A stretch of DNA of 64,000 nucleotides from a virus: IMG/VR virus record IMGVR_UViG_3300050821_005389, positions 1-64,000 of that record. The stretch is one strand, 5' to 3'. Below are positions 27,392 to 37,773 of this stretch, piece by piece. Positions within the stretch are counted from its first letter, which is position 1; each line of letters begins with the position of its first letter. The translations under genes and the position numbers were made by a program. The notes below the pieces were generated by a model, which saw only the letters and a program-made list of their open reading frames with translations, was not told where the DNA came from and made no database searches.

Positions 27392-28984
27392 ATGAGTCAA
27401 ATAAATAATCCCGGACAAGATACTCTAGGTATTTCTAATTTAGGAAATACTGCGGGCACTAGCGGAGTTGCGACCGGGCCCAGCCTTCAGCTTTTATTGG
27501 CTGGTGGTAACAATATTACTCTGAGCCAGTCCTTGAATGGCGGTAGTGCTACGATTAGTATTGTCGGTGGAGCGGGTGGAGGTGGTTCGGCAGCTGCCAT
27601 ATCGATCGGCGGTAACAGTACTTCCGGCGCTGGTGGTTATTCGAATATTACCAGTGGCACAGCGTTGTTGGCTGGCGGTAACAATATTACCTTGAGCCAG
27701 AACGCTTCGGCGATTACGATTTCAGCCGCGAATCAGACGAACCAGCTAATCAATTTTTACGCCGTAGGCAACACAGCGTCAACTTCGACTTCGACTCAAC
27801 TAGATGCTCGAACAGTAAGTTTCGACGGTGCCGGAATCATCTCAGTTGGCATGAGTGCCGGAAGTATTATCATGAGCGCGACCACAGCCGCGCAGACCAA
27901 TCAGGCGATCGGTTTATACGCTGTCGGTAATACGGCATCAACGTCTACGTCCACGCAGTTAGACGCCCGAACGATTAGCTTTAATGGCGCCGGTAACGCC
28001 TCAGTAGGCTTTAGCGCCGGCAGTGTTATTATTTCCGATGCTGGAGCAGCAGTTTCCATAGGCGGCAATAGTACTTCGGCAGGCGCGGGATACTCTAACG
28101 TATCAACCGGTACTGTCGTGTTGGCTGGCGGTAATAATATTACGTTGAGTCAAAACGGTTCTGCGATAACTATTGTAGGCGGAGCAGGTGGCGGTGTCGA
28201 TGTTCAGATCGGCGGAAATACTTCAGGAACAACGGCGTTAGTTTCAACCGGGACTTTGACCTTGGCGGGTGGTAATAATATCACGTTAAGTCAAAACGGT
28301 AACGCTATTACAATTTCTGAACAAGATTTTATTCAGAGTCAAATGTTTTGGCCCGCTGATTGGAATTATTGTCAAATGTCGCTTTTTGCGAATTCTAACG
28401 CGCAATACTCCATTATTCAAGTTACAACTCCCCTTTATGTTACTTTTAGTCGTGTAGATGTTCCTATTAGCTTTAGCGGGGCTACTATAAATAACACATC
28501 TTCTGCATACTTTGTTCAATCCGCCATGTTAGTTTTATATACGTTGAATGGCGGTACTGCGTTAAGTCCGATCGTTGGTGCGTCTAGGTCGGATACTCTT
28601 ATGTGGCAAAGTAATACAGTTTCTCAATTGAGCAGTTTTACTGGCGGTAAATTATTATCTTTTCCGTTAGCATCAATGATAACTCCTGGAACTTATTTCT
28701 TGGGTTGTTGGATTTCAACATCGTCGGGATTTACGAGTGGTGGAGGCGCTACCACAGCCCTAAATGCTACCGTATCCATGCCCGTCGCCCGTGGTTTATT
28801 TAATCCGGCGACAGCTAATTTTGCTAATTTCGGATCATTGAATACATCATCATCTAACCTCCCCCTAGGTGGATTAGCTTCTGTTCCATCTGCTACAAAT
28901 AATACTTATAACTTAAACGCTGTTTCGATGTCGGGGTCAGCATACGGTCAAGCTCAGTTCGCGGCTGTTTTTAGAAACGTATAA
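27392..28984 (+). CDS. Fibre-like protein with LAGGNNITLSQ repeats
   Basis: Four LAGGNNITLSQ repeats and two YAVGNTASTSTSTQLDART repeats. Confidence 0.7.
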   Translation: MSQINNPGQDTLGISNLGNTAGTSGVATGPSLQLLLAGGNNITLSQSLNGGSATISIVGGAGGGGSAAAISIGGNSTSGAGGYSNITSGTALLAGGNNITLSQNASAITISAANQTNQLINFYAVGNTASTSTSTQLDARTVSFDGAGIISVGMSAGSIIMSATTAAQTNQAIGLYAVGNTASTSTSTQLDARTISFNGAGNASVGFSAGSVIISDAGAAVSIGGNSTSAGAGYSNVSTGTVVLAGGNNITLSQNGSAITIVGGAGGGVDVQIGGNTSGTTALVSTGTLTLAGGNNITLSQNGNAITISEQDFIQSQMFWPADWNYCQMSLFANSNAQYSIIQVTTPLYVTFSRVDVPISFSGATINNTSSAYFVQSAMLVLYTLNGGTALSPIVGASRSDTLMWQSNTVSQLSSFTGGKLLSFPLASMITPGTYFLGCWISTSSGFTSGGGATTALNATVSMPVARGLFNPATANFANFGSLNTSSSNLPLGGLASVPSATNNTYNLNAVSMSGSAYGQAQFAAVFRNV

Positions 28985-28993
28985 GGAATAGAA

Positions 28994-29734
28994 TTGCAAC
29001 CACAAATAATAATGCAGGATTTAAGCGGTGCTCACAATAAAGATTTGAGCAAAACATCAGCCCGATTGGTAAAAGGCGGTAGCTGGAAAAAACAAAGAAT
29101 TGTTTGTATAGTGCCGGCAGCAGAAACGATTCCGGCCAAAATAGCTCTTTGTTTATGGAATCTGGCCTTCCCGCCAAATAATGGCGTTATTCGTGTTTTG
29201 GCGCAGGGTATGGAAGTCGGAGACGCTTATTCTAATTGTATAGAAAGTATCATTACGCATCCGGAATTAAAAGACTGGGAGTATATTCTGACGATCGAGT
29301 CCGATAATGCGCCTCCGCAAGACGGGGTAATTAGATTGGTCGAACGAATGGAAGAACACCCAGAACTTGATTGTATATCGGGTTTGTATTTTACCAAGGG
29401 TGAGGCTGGCGTAGCTCAAATCTGGGGTGATGCTTCTGATCTTTTGGTTAATTATAGGCCGCAGCCCCCCGATACTAACGGTGAACTTAAACGTTGTTAC
29501 GGTACTGGAATGGGATTCGCATTATGGCGCATGAGAATGTTCAAGGATCCTAAACTGGAACGTCCGCTATTCCGCACGAAGAAAGGTTTAAATAACGAAG
29601 GTATCGGAACACAAGATTTAGTTTTTTGGGGCAATGCTTTTAAATGCGGTTATAAATGTGCCGTTGATTGTTCGGTAAAAGTAGGTCATTACGATTTAGA
29701 AGGCAAGTTCGGACCGCCGGACACAATGTGGTAA
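28994..29734 (+). CDS. Glycosyltransferase-like protein (GT-A fold)
   Basis: YILTIESD (DxD-like), ISGLYF, GTGMGFAL, QDLVF...G.K..VD..V.VGH. Confidence 0.7.
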   Translation: MQPQIIMQDLSGAHNKDLSKTSARLVKGGSWKKQRIVCIVPAAETIPAKIALCLWNLAFPPNNGVIRVLAQGMEVGDAYSNCIESIITHPELKDWEYILTIESDNAPPQDGVIRLVERMEEHPELDCISGLYFTKGEAGVAQIWGDASDLLVNYRPQPPDTNGELKRCYGTGMGFALWRMRMFKDPKLERPLFRTKKGLNNEGIGTQDLVFWGNAFKCGYKCAVDCSVKVGHYDLEGKFGPPDTMW

Positions 29735-29756
29735 CAATATAATATCAAGGAAACCA

Positions 29757-30302
29757 ATGGCAAAGAAAGTCAAAGAAGTTAAAAAAGAATTATTGAAGCT
29801 CGATCTAGGTTGTGGCCAAAATAAAAAACCAGGTTTTAAAGGCGCTGATATCTGGAGGGGTGAAGGCGTCGATTTTGTTGTAGACTTGTTTAAATTACCG
29901 TTGCCTTGGAAAGACGAAACGGTTGAGGAAATATTCGGCAGTCATTTTTTTGAGCACATGCCGCAGCACCTTCGTTTTGGATTCATGGACGAATTGTATC
30001 GCATATTGATTCCCGGCGGTAAAATCGAATTTATTACGCCTTACGCGACTAGCAAGCGGGCTGTGCAAGATCCGACGCACATGTGGCCTCCGATTTGCGA
30101 AAACAGTTATCTTTACTTTAACAAGAATTGGCGCGAGATAAATCGCCTGACTCACTATCAAGTCAAATGTGATTTCGACTTTAGTTACGGATTCATTTTG
30201 AATCCTGAAACGCAATTGAAGAACACCGAGACTCAGCAGTTTTGGGTCAATCATTATGTCGAATCGGTAAGTGATATGTCGGTTACATTGGTAAAGAAGT
30301 GA
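29757..30302 (+). CDS. Class I SAM-dependent methyltransferase
   Basis: LKLDLGCG...D...SHFFEH...ELYRIL.PGG...QDPTH. Confidence 0.85.
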   Translation: MAKKVKEVKKELLKLDLGCGQNKKPGFKGADIWRGEGVDFVVDLFKLPLPWKDETVEEIFGSHFFEHMPQHLRFGFMDELYRILIPGGKIEFITPYATSKRAVQDPTHMWPPICENSYLYFNKNWREINRLTHYQVKCDFDFSYGFILNPETQLKNTETQQFWVNHYVESVSDMSVTLVKK

Positions 30303-32284
30303 AACGAGTTCTTGTAACTGGAGCGGCTGGTTTTATCGGTTCACATCTCGTCGAACATCTTCTTCGTAATACCGATTGGAAAATAATAATTTTAGATAAG
30401 TTGACTTACGCTTCTAACGGATTCAATCGCCTTCGAGAAGTTGGCGCATATGAGAATAAGCGCGTAAAACTTTATCCAGTTGACTTGAGCCGTAAAATAG
30501 GTTCTGAACTCGAACGAGAAATAGGTTCAATAAATTATATCGCACATCTAGCAGCAGAAACGCACGTTGACAATTCCATTGGCGATCCCCGTCCGTTCGT
30601 AGAAGCGAACGTTCTCGCGACGATGGAAATGCTCGAATACGCTCGTCGATTACCTGGACTTGAAAAAATGCTTTACTTTTCAACGGACGAAGTATTCGGT
30701 CCCGCGTCTGTCGGAGTTGAATATAAAGAGTGGGATAGGTATAATAGTGCTAATCCTTACAGTGCTACAAAAGCGGCAGGTGAGGAGTTATGTTTAGCTT
30801 GGGCGAATACATATAAGGTTCCTACACTGATTACGCATTGTCACGATATAAAAACTAGAGCTTTTACTCCGGATGGTATTAAAACCTATAATGAACTTTG
30901 TGTCGGAGATAAGGTTTTTGCTCTTCGCGACGAAGAATTAGTTGAAACTGTTATCCGGGAGAAAGTTCGTCTTCCCTATTCGGGAAAAATGATACGAATT
31001 AGGTCAAATAAAGTATCGCACCTAGTTACGCCTAATCATCGCGAACTTATTCAAAGGCCCGTTGGGAAACCGCGACGTATCCAACCGGTTGAGGTAGTTC
31101 GAGCCGATTCTTTATTAAATTTTCCTAATAGAGTTTATATACCTGTAGCCGGTAAATGGAATTGTGCAACGGCTGTTCCTATTTCTTTCCCTAACCCGAC
31201 TCATTTCAATATGAAGAAGGTGGATGACTTCTCGCCAGAATTAATGTCGGAATTTATTGGTTGGTATGTTTCAGAAGGTAGTTCGAATGGTATGGGAACG
31301 ATATCTATCGCGCAAGAGAAAATAGAAAATTTAAATACTATTTCTGAAATTCTTGATCAAACAGGTTTATATTATTCTTATAGTGGTCGGGCATTTTTTA
31401 TTTCTTCCGGAATTTTAGCGAGATATCTAGAAGAGCAATGCGGGCAAGGTTCTGAAAATAAAAAACTGCCTGATTTTATTTTGCAGTATAAACCGTATTT
31501 GCTTAAACTTTTATTAAATTCTATGATCGCCGGTGACGGTACGTGGTACGGTAAATCCGCTGTTTATTATACTAAGTCACCGCGATTAGCAGAACAAACG
31601 GCAGAGTTAGGAATAAAATTAGGGTACAGTACTGCCATCAGTGAACGGTATACTTGGAATCCAGATAAAACTAAGAAATCTAAAAGTTTTATAGTTCGAC
31701 TTCGAAAAGCCGTGGCTGGAATTCAAAGAAAGCACACCAAAGAAGTGGACTACTCCGGGGATGTTTGGTGTTTGCGAACCGACGAAGGTAATTTTTTTAT
31801 AGAGCGCGACGGCATTGTTAGTTGTAGCGGGAACACGATGAACGCAATCGGCGAGCGCCAGCACAGAGAAAAGTTTATTCCCAAGGTAGTTAAGTCAGTC
31901 TTGACCGGCGATAAGGTGACCATTCATGGTGATCTTAAGGGTAATAGCGGTAGTCGTTTTTATATCCACTGCCGCAATATTGCTGCTGCTACTCTCTTCT
32001 TACTGGAACGTGGGCAGGTAAGAGATAAATATAATATTGTTGGTGAAAAAGAAGTTAGTAATCTCGAATTGGCTCAAATGATCGCCGCTATCTTAGACAA
32101 GCCGCTGTATTATGAAATGGTTGACTTCCATTCCAGCCGTCCAGGTCACGACCTTCGTTACGCATTAGATGGAACTAAATTGAAAGAAATGGGTTGGGAT
32201 ATACCTAAGAAATTTAATGATAGCCTCGAGAAAACTGTCCGTTGGATGATCCAGCCAGAAAATCTTCATTGGCTCGGCCTGTAA
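30299..32284 (+). CDS. rfbB: dTDP-glucose 4,6-dehydratase-like enzyme containing an intein
   Basis: VLVTGAAGFIGSH, LDKLTYA, HLAAETHVDNSI, FSTDEVFG, YSATKA, RPGHDLRYALD. Confidence 0.85.
   Translation: MKRVLVTGAAGFIGSHLVEHLLRNTDWKIIILDKLTYASNGFNRLREVGAYENKRVKLYPVDLSRKIGSELEREIGSINYIAHLAAETHVDNSIGDPRPFVEANVLATMEMLEYARRLPGLEKMLYFSTDEVFGPASVGVEYKEWDRYNSANPYSATKAAGEELCLAWANTYKVPTLITHCHDIKTRAFTPDGIKTYNELCVGDKVFALRDEELVETVIREKVRLPYSGKMIRIRSNKVSHLVTPNHRELIQRPVGKPRRIQPVEVVRADSLLNFPNRVYIPVAGKWNCATAVPISFPNPTHFNMKKVDDFSPELMSEFIGWYVSEGSSNGMGTISIAQEKIENLNTISEILDQTGLYYSYSGRAFFISSGILARYLEEQCGQGSENKKLPDFILQYKPYLLKLLLNSMIAGDGTWYGKSAVYYTKSPRLAEQTAELGIKLGYSTAISERYTWNPDKTKKSKSFIVRLRKAVAGIQRKHTKEVDYSGDVWCLRTDEGNFFIERDGIVSCSGNTMNAIGERQHREKFIPKVVKSVLTGDKVTIHGDLKGNSGSRFYIHCRNIAAATLFLLERGQVRDKYNIVGEKEVSNLELAQMIAAILDKPLYYEMVDFHSSRPGHDLRYALDGTKLKEMGWDIPKKFNDSLEKTVRWMIQPENLHWLGL
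30839..31834 (+). mobile_element. Intein with LAGLIDADG endonuclease (332 aa)
   Basis: ITH|CHDIKTRAFTPDG...VTPNH...IGWYVSEGS...MIAGDG...VWCL...FFIERDG..SGN|TMN; removal restores ITH-TMN..GERQH. Confidence 0.9.
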
Positions 32285-32300
32285 TTAATTAAAGGAAAAA

Positions 32301-35300
32301 ATGCGACCGCAAAACCCTAAATCGCCGCCGATGTTCGCGCAGCTAGGTCCGAATCCGCAAGGCTTGGATATACTTCAAGTCGTTAATCCTGCGGGCGGTG
32401 AAGGCATCGTTTACCGGTTGAATGAATTCCAGGCTAGTTGGTATGCAGGTTCAGGTAATCCGCCGACGATACCCGGCCAATTAGCGGGTAATCTTTATCT
32501 TAACGTTACAAACGGTGACACTTGGCTCTGCAACGGATCAACCTGGACAGAAATAGCTAATCCGGCCGCTGGTGTTAATACGATTAACGGTTTGAACGGC
32601 GATGTTACTATCGTCGGCGAAGAAGGTATTACTGTTACGTTATCCGGTCAACAGATTCAACTTCTCAATACGGGTGTTACGAGTTTAAATACTCTGACCG
32701 GCGATATCTCTGTTACGCCCGGTGTTGGTATCCAAGTTGCTAATTCGGGCCAAAACATACAAGTTAGTAATACCCAGTTTACTATTTGGGCGGATATTCA
32801 AAATTATGGTGGTGTTCCTAAGCCGCAAAGTATTACTCAACATACTACCGTAAACACAACTGGTGGCTTGCCAACTATTACCGTCGGAAGCGCACTGCCC
32901 TATTTTCTGAACGGATCGGGTGTTTGTATCTGGCAAGGAGGAGTAGCTACTAGCCAATCAACGCCATCAGCTCCGACTGTTACTTCTCCGCCTGTTTCCG
33001 GTTCTCAAACTATAACTTATAAAATAGTCGGCGTTGATATGCAGTGTGGTTTGACTGCGGCGTCTTCGGCAGCAACGGTTTCAGCGCCTGCGGTATTTAG
33101 TCCCGTTGCGCAGGCAATCAGTTCTATAACAGCGTCGGCTGGAACAGTTACAGCTAATTTTGCCGCGCCGCTAAATACAACTGTTACGGCCGGCATGACG
33201 ATTCATATCGTCGGCGTAACCGGATCAGGTAGTGGTTGGAACGGTGTTTACACAATTGCTACGGCGCCAACTACGAGTCAAATAACTTATGCTGTCGTAG
33301 GTGCGACTGGTACAGGTACGGTTACCGGTGCGACTGGTCGAGTCAGCAATACGCAACTTATCACCGCGATTTCAAGAAATTCTTCCGGTGTTATCTCTGT
33401 CACGACTAGTCAAAATCATAATTTTAACGTCGGAACCGGAGCGCAACCAACAATCGTAATTATCGAAGGAGTCCAGCCTTACGATTTACAAGGACATTTC
33501 GTTTTAGCAACGACGCCTACTCCTACTACATTTACTTGTAATACTGGGAACTATAGAGCAGAAACTGGAACTTTAAATGCAAACGGAGCAGTTCAATCCG
33601 GATCACGCAATGCCGCATCCGCAACCGTCTGGGAATACACTTATCTAGCGTGTCCTGCTTTGTCTGGTACTACCAAGCAGTATTATATTTATTCGGATAA
33701 CGCGTCTCCCGGCGGTGCTTTAAATTTAATAGGTAAAACTCTTTACGGTGAAAGTCATTTTACTGATTACGGACCGAATTACGGCGGTGGCTTTGTTGCA
33801 CCAGGATATGTACCTACTACGGCACCTTCTGTTGCGCAAAATCAGCTTTTCTCGACGACGATTTTAAGCGGCCAAGGAACTACCAGTTTAACTCTAGCTG
33901 CCAATGTTCCGTCAACAGTAACAGGCGGCACGATATTGTACGACGACGGGCCGGCTTTAATCGCTGCCTGTAATGCTTTTCCTACCAGCGTCGATTCCAG
34001 CGGTCAAGTCGTCTTGTCTCCGTTGCGTAATCCTAATTCTATATCGCTACCGATGTATATGTTTAATTCTCCTATTAGCATTCCGGCTCTTAGAGAGATC
34101 ATCGTCGCTAGTGGAATGTGGATAAACGAGACGATTTATTTAAATCAATACGTAAGAATGAACGGATCCGCAGCGGCTAATTTTTCCGCAGCGTCTGATT
34201 TTACTGCCGTCGCTAATCCCATTTTATTTGGATTAGCCAGTCCGATGATTCAAGCGGGCATAGATCCAACGATTCAAACTACTGGATTTGTTTTTTCTAA
34301 CTTGCTTTTTCAGTGTACTCTTCAGAATATTAATGGACAATATGGGCTTTCTTTATTGGGTAGTAATTACGTAGAAATTTCAAATTGTGTCTTTGTGAGT
34401 TCGGATGCTTTAGCTGGCGGTACTAATGTTCCGTTGATGCTTAACGGAAACTGCGTCTCGGTTGATATTAATAATATTACTTACGACGGCGCAAGTGTAT
34501 ACGGCGATAATCAGCCGATCGGTCAGAGTTGTTGGGGGCCGTGTATAGGTAATATCGTCGTCAGAGCATCTGATAACCCCGGACAAGGAAATCAATCGCC
34601 TTCAAAAATTGTTATCTCCGGGATGAATACCTCGGCTAATCGAGGCATTTTAATCGACGGCCAGTATGCAACTACTAATAGTGCCGCCGATTTTGAATTC
34701 AGTCAAATATGGAATCAAGCCCCGACGACGCCGGCCGTAATGTTTTCTGGTTTCCAATCCCTGCCTCCTTCGGACATTCGAGTGCATCAGATCGTTAACG
34801 ATAGCGAGGCGACAGCGATTTTGGCAAATTGGACACCGCTGATTAATTCGGTTTTAATTGGAAACTGTGAAACGACTAATTCTGTTGTACCGTTAGTGAC
34901 CGGAAACTACATAAACGGTCTAGAAACTTACGGTAATATGACTCCTTTAGTCGGTCAGAATATAAACCGAACCGTAACCTTTTACGGGCCGGCGAATATA
35001 GGATCTGTCGTAACTACACCGCCGTATGAAGCAATTCAATCCAATACTTTTGCGCAAAGTCTAGGATTGACAGGAACAATTTTTAGTGCTTTTCCGTCTA
35101 CAACTGTAACAGCAGTGGCAACACACGGTGGCAGCATTCCGGCCGGAACTTATCCAGTTGTAGTAACTTTTGTAGGTTGGGACGGTGGAGAAGGCGGTCC
35201 TAATCCAAATATTCTTTTAAATGATCTGCCTGTTAATGTAACTTTGGCGGGGGCTAGTTTAGGAATTCAAGTAAGTTGGACGCCGCAGAGTGGCACGCAA

Positions 35301-35771
35301 GGCGCGTACATTTACATCAATGGGTTTAGAAATACGACGCTTTATACTACGTCGCCGCAGACTTTTACATCTTTGCCGGCAGATCATTCTCAGCCCCTTT
35401 GGGAAGGTTCCGGATTGCCTTTGTTGAATTCTTCCGGACTTTACACGCCGCAAATCGTAATGGCTTCCGGTTCAAACGAACTTGTTATAGCAACTCCAAC
35501 GATGACCGGTAATCGTACGATGTCATTTTGCGACGGAGCGAATAGTTCGGTAGTTTCTACGACTTTGACAACGACATTGAACGCATCGCCTTATGCGGTT
35601 ACATTGCAAGGCGCGACTAGCTCGAGTCACGCTTGGTTGCAACCAGCTAATGCTGCGGCAGCTACGGGATTGACCAGCGCCTATATTTCGGGCGTCGGTA
35701 CAGGAACGGTTACGGTAGTTACTTCAGGTACGGCGAGTCAAAACTTTAACGTATTTGCGACGGTGAACTAA
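32301..35771 (+). CDS. Tail fibre/tailspike with probable beta-helix domain
   Basis: GVNTINGLNGDV / GVTSLNTLTGDI repeats; Asn/Ile-rich beta-helix-like C-terminal half. Confidence 0.65.
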   Translation: MRPQNPKSPPMFAQLGPNPQGLDILQVVNPAGGEGIVYRLNEFQASWYAGSGNPPTIPGQLAGNLYLNVTNGDTWLCNGSTWTEIANPAAGVNTINGLNGDVTIVGEEGITVTLSGQQIQLLNTGVTSLNTLTGDISVTPGVGIQVANSGQNIQVSNTQFTIWADIQNYGGVPKPQSITQHTTVNTTGGLPTITVGSALPYFLNGSGVCIWQGGVATSQSTPSAPTVTSPPVSGSQTITYKIVGVDMQCGLTAASSAATVSAPAVFSPVAQAISSITASAGTVTANFAAPLNTTVTAGMTIHIVGVTGSGSGWNGVYTIATAPTTSQITYAVVGATGTGTVTGATGRVSNTQLITAISRNSSGVISVTTSQNHNFNVGTGAQPTIVIIEGVQPYDLQGHFVLATTPTPTTFTCNTGNYRAETGTLNANGAVQSGSRNAASATVWEYTYLACPALSGTTKQYYIYSDNASPGGALNLIGKTLYGESHFTDYGPNYGGGFVAPGYVPTTAPSVAQNQLFSTTILSGQGTTSLTLAANVPSTVTGGTILYDDGPALIAACNAFPTSVDSSGQVVLSPLRNPNSISLPMYMFNSPISIPALREIIVASGMWINETIYLNQYVRMNGSAAANFSAASDFTAVANPILFGLASPMIQAGIDPTIQTTGFVFSNLLFQCTLQNINGQYGLSLLGSNYVEISNCVFVSSDALAGGTNVPLMLNGNCVSVDINNITYDGASVYGDNQPIGQSCWGPCIGNIVVRASDNPGQGNQSPSKIVISGMNTSANRGILIDGQYATTNSAADFEFSQIWNQAPTTPAVMFSGFQSLPPSDIRVHQIVNDSEATAILANWTPLINSVLIGNCETTNSVVPLVTGNYINGLETYGNMTPLVGQNINRTVTFYGPANIGSVVTTPPYEAIQSNTFAQSLGLTGTIFSAFPSTTVTAVATHGGSIPAGTYPVVVTFVGWDGGEGGPNPNILLNDLPVNVTLAGASLGIQVSWTPQSGTQGAYIYINGFRNTTLYTTSPQTFTSLPADHSQPLWEGSGLPLLNSSGLYTPQIVMASGSNELVIATPTMTGNRTMSFCDGANSSVVSTTLTTTLNASPYAVTLQGATSSSHAWLQPANAAAATGLTSAYISGVGTGTVTVVTSGTASQNFNVFATVN

Positions 35772-35971
35772 TGGCTTGGAGCCAAATTGACTCACGCAAT
35801 TATTATATCTTTCCAAATAGAACTTTAAATGTTCAAGGAACGTTGACGTATACAGTTCAAACGTCGAGTAACGCTGCGGTACCAGGTAAAGATAGTCGTG
35901 TTACAAAATCTACGGATAGTAGAATTTCTCCGAATATTCCTCAGAATAGTCGGAATGCGCCACCCTTTTAA
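35771..35971 (+). CDS. Small hypothetical protein
   Basis: TAATG coupling on both sides; DSR/NSR repeats. Confidence 0.65.
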   Translation: MAWSQIDSRNYYIFPNRTLNVQGTLTYTVQTSSNAAVPGKDSRVTKSTDSRISPNIPQNSRNAPPF

Positions 35972-37044
35972 TGCCTTATACAAATACAGCTTCTACAGTT
36001 CGATTACAAAGGATTGTAAACTTAGCGAAAGCGAGAGGGGACATAAATCCAGTCCTAAACTTGCCCGCTTCGGATACGACCGTACCACTAGCTATCGCCA
36101 ACGATGCGATGAATGATATTTGTTCTCTTCCGTTTCCACAAAAATGGAATGAGATGATCATTCCGCCGTTTTATACTTCGAGCTTTCAGCAAGATTATGC
36201 CGGAATTTATCCGAACGGATCTTCTATTACGAATCTCAGTTGGCTCGAGCGTGGAATTGTCGTAGATATTAATAACGATGCTCAACCGAAACCTTATGAG
36301 CCTTTAGAGGTTGGGCGCCAGTTACCGCAAGCAACCGGAACGTTTTGGAATTCGGCGACGAATAACCCACTATTCTTGGTAAATTATTACCCGAATAACA
36401 CTCTTTATTATGGTACGTGGGGCGCAGCTAACAACGGTACAGGTTCTTTAGGAAATAATCCTACGCCGGGTTCTACATATACGTTCCCGCTCGGTGTAAA
36501 TAGTCAACCAGCCAATCCTATCACACAGATTCAAGATGCCAACGGTAATTTTCTAGTATTGACTACGTACGGTACGACGGGTGGAGTAGCGCCGGTTCTT
36601 CCTGCTTTGTCTACTCCCGGAACAACGATTCCAGACGGCTCATGTGTCTGGACTGTTGTAGATCCGAACGGGCAAGGATTTCGTATCGTACCGGTTCCTT
36701 CTTCTACTGGCTTAGTGTGGCAGTTTAATCTCGTAGGTCAGATGTTGCCTGTCCGATTCACGAATCTTCAGCAAACATTGGCGCCGTTGCCTGACCAGTA
36801 CGAACCTAACTTTCGGCAGATATTTATCGCGAGATGTTACCAGTACTCTCCAGAATCTGGTATTAGAGCGAAGTTTAAAGATGAACACGCCTTAGCTATG
36901 GAAGCACTCGTCAACTGTATGAAAAAGTCCGATAGAGAAACAGAAGAGAATATTTTTACGCCGGATCGTTCCATAATGTCTGGTGGGCAGCGTGGTGGCC
37001 GTAGGTTCGGGCCACAATTCCCGTTCAATTATAGCGGTCAATAA
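35971..37044 (+). CDS. Head-tail adaptor-like protein (paralog of next gene)
   Basis: Position; N..M..I...PF...WNE...QQDY...APLPD. Confidence 0.55.
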   Translation: MPYTNTASTVRLQRIVNLAKARGDINPVLNLPASDTTVPLAIANDAMNDICSLPFPQKWNEMIIPPFYTSSFQQDYAGIYPNGSSITNLSWLERGIVVDINNDAQPKPYEPLEVGRQLPQATGTFWNSATNNPLFLVNYYPNNTLYYGTWGAANNGTGSLGNNPTPGSTYTFPLGVNSQPANPITQIQDANGNFLVLTTYGTTGGVAPVLPALSTPGTTIPDGSCVWTVVDPNGQGFRIVPVPSSTGLVWQFNLVGQMLPVRFTNLQQTLAPLPDQYEPNFRQIFIARCYQYSPESGIRAKFKDEHALAMEALVNCMKKSDRETEENIFTPDRSIMSGGQRGGRRFGPQFPFNYSGQ

Positions 37045-37050
37045 GGATTC

Positions 37051-37773
37051 ATGTCTTACACTCTACAGCAAACTATAAATTGGGCGCAGACATATGTTCA
37101 GTATATTCCTTTAACTGCGGGAACGGGAAATGAGCCTGCTATTTCTATAGGTAATACGGTTCAATCTACCATTTTAAACGCACCTTTTGTTTGGCCATTT
37201 AATCGTAACGAATTTCCGATTGTTTTAGTCACGGGTCAACAAGATTATGTTTTTGATGTAACCGACTTTGCTTATTTAGAAAAAGTTTCGTTGTTAAGCG
37301 CGGACGGTAGTGATGGTTTTGAAGTCAAGGATGTTTATAACACGAATATTTTAGGATTGGCGGCAACAGGTAGTACGGCTCAACCCAATGCTGTTGCTGT
37401 GAAACTATATACTCCGGATACCAGTATTGCGCTGCGATTTTTAAGTAATCCCGATCAAGCGTACACCGGAACGTTAACTTATCAAGTTATTGTAGATCCT
37501 TTTACTGCTTTGGACGACCCTTGGGCGCCGATTCCCGACAGTTTCATTGACATTTTTAATAACCTTTTCTTGGCTGAAGTCATGGCTGTCGCAGATGATG
37601 CTCGAGAACAGCTTTATCGTCAACGTGGTATCGCTGCTCTCTTATCTAAGGCAGAAGGTTTGACTGAAATGCAGCGTAACGTTTATCTCGCTCAGTATCT
37701 TGCCCGCGGCTCTTCTATGACGTTGGCTGCGCAATTGAGAACGCAACAGGCAATTCAAGCGCGTGGGTTGTAA
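37051..37773 (+). CDS. Head-tail adaptor (tail tubular A-like)
   Basis: TLQQ.INWA...N......PF.WPF...GQQDY...APIPD; lies before the nozzle gene. Confidence 0.6.
   Translation: MSYTLQQTINWAQTYVQYIPLTAGTGNEPAISIGNTVQSTILNAPFVWPFNRNEFPIVLVTGQQDYVFDVTDFAYLEKVSLLSADGSDGFEVKDVYNTNILGLAATGSTAQPNAVAVKLYTPDTSIALRFLSNPDQAYTGTLTYQVIVDPFTALDDPWAPIPDSFIDIFNNLFLAEVMAVADDAREQLYRQRGIAALLSKAEGLTEMQRNVYLAQYLARGSSMTLAAQLRTQQAIQARGL

Noticed and set aside
27392-28320. Repeats as a diversity-generating retroelement TR/VR pair
   Set aside because: Repeats are conserved at protein level with synonymous variation, and no reverse transcriptase is present in the window.
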